Origin: an uncultured Victivallales bacterium
Lineage (GTDB): Bacteria; Verrucomicrobiota; Kiritimatiellia; UBA8416
Assembly: GCA_964497125.1 (NCBI GenBank)
Contig: CAZCDU010000010.1
Coordinates: 2,888-66,887, forward strand
Direction of reading: 5' to 3'
DNA: 64,000 nt
In this document: piece after piece, positions 9,240-16,766 of the stretch
Position numbering within the stretch: position 1 is the first letter of the stretch
How the letters are laid out: the number at the start of each line of letters is the position of its first letter
Translations under genes and position numbers: made by a program
The notes under the pieces: generated by a model
Seen by the model: only the letters and a program-made list of their open reading frames with translations
Database searches by the model: none
Told to the model about the DNA's origin: nothing

Positions 9240-10045
9240 CGTCCTGCCAGGTCGCAGACGGCCTGCTCCTCATCCTTCAATTCCGTAATACTGGGATGCT
9301 CCCCGCACAGCGGGCACTTAGCGTTACGCTTCAGCCCCACTTTTCTGAAATTCGTCTTCAGCGCGTTGTAGACCAACAGGCTATCCGTAAGCAGATCGCC
9401 CTTCCCCAGCAGATACTTGACGGCCTCGGTCGCTTGAAGTGTGCCGATAACGCCGGCCAGCACGCCCAACACCCCCGCCTGCGAACAGGAAGGAACCGCG
9501 CCCTTCGGGGGCGGCGCATCAAACACGCAGCGATAGCAAGCGCTCTCGCCCGGAAGCACGCTCATGATCTGCCCGTCGAAGCGGAGAATCCCCGCATGTG
9601 AATACGGCGTGCCAGAGAAATGGCAGGCGTCTGCAACGAGGAATTTCGACGGAAAGTTGTCCGTGCCATCAATGACGAAGTCGTAGTCCGCCAGGATCTC
9701 AAGGGCATTGGCTGCCGTCAGACGGTCATGGTACGTGACCACGTTCACATCCGGGTTGATTGCACGCATCTTCTCCGCAGCCGAATCCACCTTGGGCTGG
9801 CCCAGGTTGGCCGTGAAGTGAATCACCTGCCGCTGCAGGTTCGTCACGTCAACCACGTCGGCATCAATCACGCCGATAGTGCCGATGCCGGCTGCAGCCA
9901 GGTAGAGACCCGCAGGGGATCCCAATCCACCGGCGCCAACCAACAACACCTTGCCCGCAAGCAGCTTCTCCTGGCCCTTGCCGCCGACCTCGGAGAGAAT
10001 GATATGCCGCGAGTACCGTTCAATTTGCGCTTCCGTCAGATTCAC
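9236..10045 (-). CDS. MoeB/ThiF-family E1-like adenylyltransferase (HcyF/MoeZ-like)
   Basis: Rossmann 'VLLVGAGGLGSPAGLYLAAAGIG', the ThiF-family core and a CxxC...CxxC zinc motif ('CYRC...CPLC'). GTG start overlaps the ThiS-like stop. Confidence 0.85.
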   Translation of the reverse strand: MNLTEAQIERYSRHIILSEVGGKGQEKLLAGKVLLVGAGGLGSPAGLYLAAAGIGTIGVIDADVVDVTNLQRQVIHFTANLGQPKVDSAAEKMRAINPDVNVVTYHDRLTAANALEILADYDFVIDGTDNFPSKFLVADACHFSGTPYSHAGILRFDGQIMSVLPGESACYRCVFDAPPPKGAVPSCSQAGVLGVLAGVIGTLQATEAVKYLLGKGDLLTDSLLVYNALKTNFRKVGLKRNAKCPLCGEHPSITELKDEEQAVCDLAGR

Positions 10046-10251
10046 GCTCTGCCACCCCCCATGAAGTAGAGGAACTCCACCTTATCCGCTTCTTTGACCG
10101 TCGTGTCGCCAAAGTCACTGCGACTCAGGATCTCGCCATTCAGTTCAACACTCACCATGTCCGGCTGCTCAACATCGTGCTCAGCCAGCAACGCAGTGAC
10201 CGTGATTTCCCCGCTGATTTCCGCTGCCTCACCATTAATCTGTATCTTCAT
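10042..10251 (-). CDS. ThiS/MoaD-family sulfur-carrier protein with a short C-terminal extension after Gly-Gly (HcyS/CysO-like)
   Basis: 69 aa with a beta-grasp-like sequence ending '...FMGGGRA'. The GG is followed by 2-3 extra residues, as in carrier proteins processed by a JAMM protease. Confidence 0.7.
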   Translation of the reverse strand: MKIQINGEAAEISGEITVTALLAEHDVEQPDMVSVELNGEILSRSDFGDTTVKEADKVEFLYFMGGGRA

Positions 10252-10264
10252 GCTGCTCTCCTTC

Positions 10265-11512
10265 TCATGTCGCCATACGCTTCAGAGCCTGCGTGATGTC
10301 CTCGCGGATATCATCCACATGCTCAATTCCAATTGAAACTCGAACCAAATCGTCTGTGACCCCCATCGCCTCTCTCTCGGCATCGTTAGCCTCGCGACAG
10401 AATGTCGATGCCGGATGAACGATGAGACTCTTGGCATCGCCCAGGTTGGCCAGGTTCTGGGCATGCTTGAGGGCATTGATGAACGTGAAACACCGCTGCT
10501 TTGTGCCCAACCGCAACGTCAGTAGGCCGCCATACATGCCACCAAACTGCCGCGTGGCGACATCGTGGTTCGGATGCGCCTCCAAGCCCGGATAGCCAAC
10601 ATGTTCAACGTTCGAATCCGCATTGAGGTCCTCGGCCACAGCGGCGGCATTGGAACAGTGCCGCTCCATGCGCAACGCCAGCGACTCCATGCCGATCGAC
10701 ATCAGGAACGCATTGAAGGGCGAGAAACAGCAGCCCAGATCACGATGCACGCGATTGCGCAGGCTGGCCACAAAAGCAAACTGCCGCACCCGGTCATAGT
10801 ACTCCTTGAGATGCGTGTATCTTGGGTTATCCCAATCAAAGGTGCCGCAATCCACGATCGTGCCGCCAATAGCATTGCCGTGCCCGTTGATGTACTTCGA
10901 CGTCGAATGGACGACGATATCGGCGCCCAGTTCTTTCGGACGGCACAGCACCGGCGTCGTCACCGTGTTGTCGACCACCAGGACGATCCCGTGCTCTCTG
11001 GCCACCGCCGCAATGGCGCTGATATCCGGCACATCCAGTTTCGGATTGCCGATCGTCTCGACGAAAATCAGTCGCGTCCGGTCCGTGATCGCTTGACGAT
11101 AGGCCTCCACATCGGTCGTTTCGACGAACCGCGTTGTAATGCCATAGCGTGTCAGCGTGTGTGAAAATAGCGAGTACGTGCCACCGAAGATACTGTTGCC
11201 GGAGACAATCTCATCGCCGCTTCCCGCCAGCGCCAACGCCACCGTGCTGATCGCCGCCATGCCCGAGGCACATGCGACCGACGCAAGCCCATCCTCTAAT
11301 GTCGTCATCCGTTTCTCAAAACGGTCAAGTGTGGGGTTGTTAATGCGGCTATAGACAAACCCCGGTGCGCGCCCTGCAAAGACCGCCTCGAGGTCCTCTG
11401 CCGACTCGTAGGCATACGCCGAACTCTGGAAGATCGGTGACACCGTGGCTCCCGTCTTCTCCTCCGGAGCATACGCCCCATGCAGCAGTTTTGTCTCTAA
11501 ATGCACGTACAT
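10265..11512 (-). CDS. metY: O-acetylhomoserine sulfhydrylase (PLP-dependent Cys/Met metabolism enzyme)
   Basis: 415 aa. PLP-lysine region 'VVHSTSKYINGHG' and overall similarity to the MetY/MetZ/CGS family. First gene of the sulfur cluster. Confidence 0.85.
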   Translation of the reverse strand: MYVHLETKLLHGAYAPEEKTGATVSPIFQSSAYAYESAEDLEAVFAGRAPGFVYSRINNPTLDRFEKRMTTLEDGLASVACASGMAAISTVALALAGSGDEIVSGNSIFGGTYSLFSHTLTRYGITTRFVETTDVEAYRQAITDRTRLIFVETIGNPKLDVPDISAIAAVAREHGIVLVVDNTVTTPVLCRPKELGADIVVHSTSKYINGHGNAIGGTIVDCGTFDWDNPRYTHLKEYYDRVRQFAFVASLRNRVHRDLGCCFSPFNAFLMSIGMESLALRMERHCSNAAAVAEDLNADSNVEHVGYPGLEAHPNHDVATRQFGGMYGGLLTLRLGTKQRCFTFINALKHAQNLANLGDAKSLIVHPASTFCREANDAEREAMGVTDDLVRVSIGIEHVDDIREDITQALKRMAT

Positions 11513-11778
11513 CTCCCTTCCCAGGAGGTGAAATCACGCCACAGCCAGCGGCTGCAGAACAACAGATTCAGACCATCACCCGAAAGAAACACAAGAATGG
11601 TGATCGTTTTGCTACTGTATCCATACAGAACCGGCATGTCAATGCTGAGAAGGGAAAATCGCGAGCTTGTTCAGAGTCTCTTCAGCTCACGGCCCGCAAC
11701 GCGCCAGACATCACCCATGGAAGGAATTGTACAACGGCCCTCACAAACCGCCCGAGGCCGCCCGTCAGCTTGCCGCCA

Positions 11779-12462
11779 TCAGAACGCAATCACGTAGTTG
11801 AACTTCACGGTATATACGTCTTCGGCACCGTCTGCGGAGGAAGTAGAGACCCAACCTTCGAACACAAGATCCAACGGCAGTTCGTGCAGCAATCCCGCGC
11901 TGGCAAGCCACTCATCGCCGCCATCGATCTGCCGCACATCAGCTCGCAAAACCAGGCCTCGCGACTGCAATTTGAGAGTCCTATCGAGGCCCGCGAACAG
12001 ACTGTTGTTATCCTTCTGGAAACTATAGCCCAAACTCAAACGCGCAACGCCGAGGTCAAGACCTGAAACCAGATAGGGATCGGCCTCCCCCGCCTCATCT
12101 CGATCATCAGAGACGTTCGCCACGCCAACGAGCATGGCGTAGCAAGGCTCATCGCCCGGCAGAGGCAGTCGCCATTTGGCCTGCCCGGTCAGCGGCCCGC
12201 TATCGCCTGAATCAACTCTCGAGTCGAGTCCGACCTCAACACCTGCCGGCAAGCCGTACTTCAGGCCGGCCACGTACGCGGGCCCCGCGCCGCTCATGTA
12301 ATTACCCCACGTCTGCAGCACCAACACATTTCGCGGTGCTACATCTACAGTCGGGATATTGTTAAGTCCCGATGGCGAGGCCCAGGCCATCCCGCATACC
12401 ATAATGCTCAATCCGCCTGCTGCAACGCCCATCCACTTGTTTCGTCTCACTGTCTTACGCAT
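11779..12462 (-). CDS. putative outer-membrane beta-barrel protein
   Basis: 227 aa with a signal peptide, alternating amphipathic beta-strand pattern and a C-terminal aromatic residue ('...YVIAF'). Confidence 0.45.
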   Translation of the reverse strand: MRKTVRRNKWMGVAAGGLSIMVCGMAWASPSGLNNIPTVDVAPRNVLVLQTWGNYMSGAGPAYVAGLKYGLPAGVEVGLDSRVDSGDSGPLTGQAKWRLPLPGDEPCYAMLVGVANVSDDRDEAGEADPYLVSGLDLGVARLSLGYSFQKDNNSLFAGLDRTLKLQSRGLVLRADVRQIDGGDEWLASAGLLHELPLDLVFEGWVSTSSADGAEDVYTVKFNYVIAF

Positions 12463-12468
12463 ACCGTA

Positions 12469-12657
12469 TCACTCCTTCTCTTGACTGTTGTCTGCTACCT
12501 CGCGCCGGCCTCTCTTAAACTCCGTAAGACTGGCGCCGAGCGAGCGCGCCAGCTCGGGCAGTCTCTTGGCCCCGAACAAAAACACCAGAATCAGCAGTAT
12601 GATTCCGATTTCACCGATTCCCGGCATGCCACCGGTAAAGAATGCGAATACCATCAC
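12469..12657 (-). CDS. tatA: twin-arginine translocase subunit TatA/E
   Basis: 62 aa with an N-terminal TM helix then 'FGAKRLPELARSLGASLTEFKRG', the TatA amphipathic helix signature. Confidence 0.8.
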   Translation of the reverse strand: MMVFAFFTGGMPGIGEIGIILLILVFLFGAKRLPELARSLGASLTEFKRGRREVADNSQEKE

Positions 12658-12746
12658 ACGACCCCCGTTACGTTACGAAGTCCCAGCAGCTCATGCCGGT
12701 TGCTTCAGATGCTTGCCCTCAGCAAAAAGCCCATCATGAGTTGCCT

Positions 12747-13718
12747 CTAGCCCCCAATTGCAGCCATGGAGACAGGCTGCTCAAAATGGATGTCCGATCG
12801 CTTGCACTGTAGTGCCGTCCGCACGGTCGCAGCCAGTGAACCACCGTGACGGCCCTGCAACAGCGGGCGAATGTTGTGCCCTTCCCTGCGAGCCAGGCAT
12901 CCCATCAAGCGACCATCGGCCGTTAGCCGCAGCCTTGAGCAATCAGAGCAGAAGCGGTCGCTGCACGGCGAAATGAATCCAACCACGCCTTCGCTGCCAT
13001 CTTGTCCCCTTACGTGGTAACGCTTAGCCGACGCCCCGGGAACACGCGGAAGGGCTGCGAGTTCGAACGCGGTCGCCAACGTCTGACGCACGGCTGTCGT
13101 TGAAACAAACCTCTGCTCGAACAGTGCCGCGCCGTACCCAATCGGCATGAGCTCAAGGAACCTGACCTCGCAGCCGCGGCGCAAAGCAAACCAGAGTACG
13201 TCACACACTTCGTGATCATTGATCCCCCGCATGACCACCATGTTCAACTTGACCGGGCGCAAGTTAGCCCGGAGAGCGGCGTCGATTCCTCCAATGTTGC
13301 TCCCGACACCATCACGCCGAGTAATACGACGGAACGTATCCCGATTAAGCGAGTCGAGGCTGATGTTCACTCGCTGCAAACCCGCAGCGCTCAGGTCATC
13401 CGCCATTGCCCCCAGCAGTTGCGCATTTGTCGTCATACTGAGGTCGGGGACACCGAGTTCCGAAAGCCGTGCGACCAGATCCACGATGCCCTTGCGAGCC
13501 AACGGATCCCCGCCAGTCAAACGAACCTTCTGGATCGCGTATGACGCCCGAAGCTGGTCCACAAAGGTCCGAATTTCATCAAAACTGAGTACATCCTGAT
13601 GTTTGCAGGATGGCACGCCCTCGGCTGGCATACAATAGCGGCAGCGAAGCTGGCAGCGATCCGTCACCGAGATCCGCAACGAGACAGGGGGCCTGCGGAT
13701 GGGTGCGATCATAGTCAT
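12747..13718 (-). CDS. moaA: GTP 3',8-cyclase MoaA (radical SAM, molybdenum cofactor biosynthesis)
   Basis: 'CQLRCRYC' radical-SAM CxxxCxxC motif and a C-terminal second-cluster Cys triad 'CSDRFCSDCSRLRLTADGRLMGC'. Length 323 aa. Confidence 0.9.
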   Translation of the reverse strand: MTMIAPIRRPPVSLRISVTDRCQLRCRYCMPAEGVPSCKHQDVLSFDEIRTFVDQLRASYAIQKVRLTGGDPLARKGIVDLVARLSELGVPDLSMTTNAQLLGAMADDLSAAGLQRVNISLDSLNRDTFRRITRRDGVGSNIGGIDAALRANLRPVKLNMVVMRGINDHEVCDVLWFALRRGCEVRFLELMPIGYGAALFEQRFVSTTAVRQTLATAFELAALPRVPGASAKRYHVRGQDGSEGVVGFISPCSDRFCSDCSRLRLTADGRLMGCLARREGHNIRPLLQGRHGGSLAATVRTALQCKRSDIHFEQPVSMAAIGG

Positions 13719-13937
13719 CTCCTTTCCAATGCGAGACCACGGACCCTGAATGGCGTGTGGTACTCACGGGAGGTGTGATCATTTCCTTTCACACCCTATC
13801 GGCCCGCACCTCGTAGGCCTGACTCAGGCCGTTAGACGCATGGGCTCGGAGGCTTCTCATTGCGACGACTCTTGCCTCTGACAAATATATCTCAGCAGAT
13901 TTCCCGGGGCCGATACAACCTACCCCGGGATGATCAG

Positions 13938-13966
13938 GACGGGCTGCCAGACGCAGCCCGTCCCGT
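13938..13966 (-). terminator. GC-rich hairpin downstream of the porin gene (candidate intrinsic terminator)
   Basis: GGACGGGCTGC-cagac-GCAGCCCGTCC is a perfect 11-bp stem directly 3' of the porin stop. No strong U-tract follows. Confidence 0.4.
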
Positions 13967-13980
13967 CGCCGACAATGCCT

Positions 13981-15042
13981 TTAGAATTTTGCTCTGACAC
14001 CAAAGAGGATCGAATCCTCAATCGAGTTTTTGGCAACCTTCAGATCCTTGGCGTCCTTCATGTCACCCGAGTTGAAGTTCGAGTACTCCACCATCAGCTC
14101 ATAGTTTTTGGTTGGGCTGTACTTGACCCCCGCAGACCAGAATTCCGTTTCCACGTCGTCTGTCGTGTCTTCGTCGATAATCTCCAGCCGGCCCCATATA
14201 GCCGTCTTCTCAATCGCGTTGCACTCAACACCGAGCGTGACGAGGCTGGGGTCATAACCGGGATAGCCCTTCAGGCTACTGAATGAGATATACTCTGCGT
14301 TGATGTTCCCAATGCCTTTGACCTTGTAGACCGCACCAGCCCCCCAGCGGGTTTCATCTTCCATTGCCGAAACCGTCGTGACGCCAGTATCGTCGTCTGT
14401 AGCCTCGGTATCGGAATACGATTCGGACGCACCCGAAATCTTAACGGTTAGATTCTTGATGAGCTTATCGATCGTGAGTTTTGCGGTGTAGTTGTCGCCA
14501 GCCTCGTTTGTCGCCAGGGTCTCATCGTCATCGGTATGCCGATGCTGATAGGCCGCAGCGGCAATGTTGCCCACGCAGGGAATATCAACGATTCCGTGGA
14601 ATCCCCAGACCTTGTCGATTTCGAACTGATGGGCGACCGAATCGTTCAGGTACTTGTCGTAGTCCAGGCCGAAGGGCATTTCGTCTTTGCCAAAGATCAG
14701 CGTTACGCATGAATCGCCGATGTGCTTCGCCGTGAAGTTCGCTTCTTCAACGGCTTTTGCGCTGACAGTCGTCCCATCGCGCGATTCGATGTCTGCTGCA
14801 TCCAGCTTGAGTTTGGCGGCGAGGTCGTTCTCGAACTTGGCGCCAAAATCAAGATAGAACTGATTCGACTTGAACTTATCATCATCACCCGTGCCGCCAA
14901 CGTTCTTGCTATTCTCGTAAAACAGCTCAAGGTTCGCCTTAAGTGACAATTCCGGGATCTTCGTTTCCTCTGCTGCGTTGGTCATGGAAACGACCATGCA
15001 CAGCACCACACCGATAGCCACAGCTCTTGTTAAACCACTCAT
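13981..15042 (-). CDS. outer-membrane porin (beta-barrel, C-terminal Phe)
   Basis: Start set at 'MSGLTRAVAIGVVLCMVVSMTNAAEE' (signal peptide). Asp/Thr-rich loops and amphipathic strands. It ends '...FGVRAKF' and is the last gene of the Mo-enzyme operon. Confidence 0.55.
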   Translation of the reverse strand: MSGLTRAVAIGVVLCMVVSMTNAAEETKIPELSLKANLELFYENSKNVGGTGDDDKFKSNQFYLDFGAKFENDLAAKLKLDAADIESRDGTTVSAKAVEEANFTAKHIGDSCVTLIFGKDEMPFGLDYDKYLNDSVAHQFEIDKVWGFHGIVDIPCVGNIAAAAYQHRHTDDDETLATNEAGDNYTAKLTIDKLIKNLTVKISGASESYSDTEATDDDTGVTTVSAMEDETRWGAGAVYKVKGIGNINAEYISFSSLKGYPGYDPSLVTLGVECNAIEKTAIWGRLEIIDEDTTDDVETEFWSAGVKYSPTKNYELMVEYSNFNSGDMKDAKDLKVAKNSIEDSILFGVRAKF

Positions 15043-15174
15043 TCGTCTTACCCCCCTCACGTTATTTGGAACACCACAGCAACAGGTTCTGCTCCATGAT
15101 CCAGCATGTCGCAGATGTATCAATTTCCGTTCCTACCCTCCTCCCTGTACTCTTCTTCGCACAGTTGCCAATGT

Positions 15175-15822
15175 TCACCCTTCTTTCTGCAATTGGTGTC
15201 CGTGGCCGATAACGGTCGATGCACAGTCGGCAAGCGCTGAATAGAAGGCGTTGTCTGTGCCATGCCTCATCTTGTCGCAGAACTCAGGGACCCATGGACA
15301 AAGCAGAGCATCTGCAAAAGACCGCTGCTTGGCGGCGTAGGCCGCCGCCGTCTGCGGATCTGAGCTCTCGAGCGCAGCTATCTCCTTACAGATCAGATAG
15401 CTCATAAACTCCAACTCGATAGCAATGTGATCCGGCAGGTCTTTGCAGTCGTCACTCCTGGCGAGCCCCTCCTGCTCATACCATTTGATGACGTCCATCG
15501 TGGAGTCCCCCATGACTCGCCTGCCTTCATCAAGATACACTGACCCATATGGCGCGGCCGCCAGGGCAAAGGGGCCTACGAACAGTTTTGCATAAGCGAT
15601 CTTCAACTGCTCATCGGTGTAGCGCGCCAACCCGCTTTCCATATCATCAACGCACGCCGCCGCCTCCGGGCAAACCGCACTGAGACACTCACGCAAGTTG
15701 TCAAGAACGTCTTCTGCCGCCAGAAGCTCCTTCTCAGGCTCATAGAAACAGGCCGCGAGAAGTCTCAATCCGTTTTCCTGTCGCTTCTTACTGGCGACTT
15801 TCTCGTTCTCTGAATTGCTCAT
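15175..15822 (-). CDS. TorD/DmsD-family redox-enzyme maturation chaperone
   Basis: 215-aa all-helical acidic protein with TorD-like segments ('FYEPEKELL...LxxEYxxLF'). It sits between the FeS subunit and the porin. Confidence 0.65.
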   Translation of the reverse strand: MSNSENEKVASKKRQENGLRLLAACFYEPEKELLAAEDVLDNLRECLSAVCPEAAACVDDMESGLARYTDEQLKIAYAKLFVGPFALAAAPYGSVYLDEGRRVMGDSTMDVIKWYEQEGLARSDDCKDLPDHIAIELEFMSYLICKEIAALESSDPQTAAAYAAKQRSFADALLCPWVPEFCDKMRHGTDNAFYSALADCASTVIGHGHQLQKEG

Positions 15823-15907
15823 ATCGGTGCCTCATCTGAGGCTGGTGACGAGATCTCGTTTCGCCGCTCACCACCAGCCAGCGCTCAGAACGCCCTGTAC
15901 CGCGTCC

Positions 15908-16747
15908 TCAGGCCTTCTTGTAATCCCTGATATAGAAGACATTCGGCCCGGTGCCCTTTTCGCCATCCGCCAGCACGCCGCCCTTGTTGTCTTTCAGCCT
16001 TGTGGCTTTATGCTTCTTGAGGAGCTTACTGACATCACTGTCCGGATCGTTCCTGTCACCAAAAATGCGAGCATTGGCAGGACATGACACCACGCAGTAA
16101 GGATCTTCGCCGTTTCTCACTCGATGGATGCAGAACGTGCACTTCTCAACCCAACCATCCTTACGGACGTCCGCCAGCTTGCCCCGGCCACGCGATTTCT
16201 GCCCCTCCTCAGGCGATTTGCGATCCTTGAACTCATAGGCATGCTTTGACGGCGGGGTGGCTCCCGCTTTCTCTGCGATCTCAGCCCCGGAGCACGTTAC
16301 ACCAGCAATTGCCGCGCTCTGGTCGTGCGAGGCGGCATGTGTCTCGTCACCGACTTCATTGAAGCTTATTACCGTATAGCCGGCGCCGTCCTTCTCAACA
16401 TCTTCAGAGCTGTAGGGACATCCGTCCGCCTTGAAGCACTTCCTGCACTGAATGCAGTACCGTTGATTGTACATGGTAATGCCATCTTCAGTCTTGTACA
16501 GCGCTCTCGGCTCAGGACAGCCCTCAAGGCATTTCGGGTCATCACAGTGATTGCAGAGCACGGGACGATTGACGTATTCGACGTTCGGAAACTTACCTTT
16601 CGCCTCAATACTGAAATCGGCCCAGTTGAAGGTCTGCCCCTTGGCTCTCGCCTGTGTGTTGTTCTCCGTCTTGCAGGCCATGGCGCAGGCACCGCAGCCC
16701 ACGCACTTCTGCAGATCAATTACCATTGCGTATTGTTTCGTAGCCAT
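15908..16747 (-). CDS. 4Fe-4S ferredoxin-type subunit (DmsB/PsrB/ArrB-like) of the molybdoenzyme
   Basis: Four Cys clusters: 'CVGCGACAMAC', 'CNHCDDPKCLEGCP', 'CIQCRKCFKADGCP' and 'CTFCIHR...CVVSCP'. Confidence 0.85.
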   Translation of the reverse strand: MATKQYAMVIDLQKCVGCGACAMACKTENNTQARAKGQTFNWADFSIEAKGKFPNVEYVNRPVLCNHCDDPKCLEGCPEPRALYKTEDGITMYNQRYCIQCRKCFKADGCPYSSEDVEKDGAGYTVISFNEVGDETHAASHDQSAAIAGVTCSGAEIAEKAGATPPSKHAYEFKDRKSPEEGQKSRGRGKLADVRKDGWVEKCTFCIHRVRNGEDPYCVVSCPANARIFGDRNDPDSDVSKLLKKHKATRLKDNKGGVLADGEKGTGPNVFYIRDYKKA

Positions 16748-16766
16748 AATATACAGGTCCTTTCAC

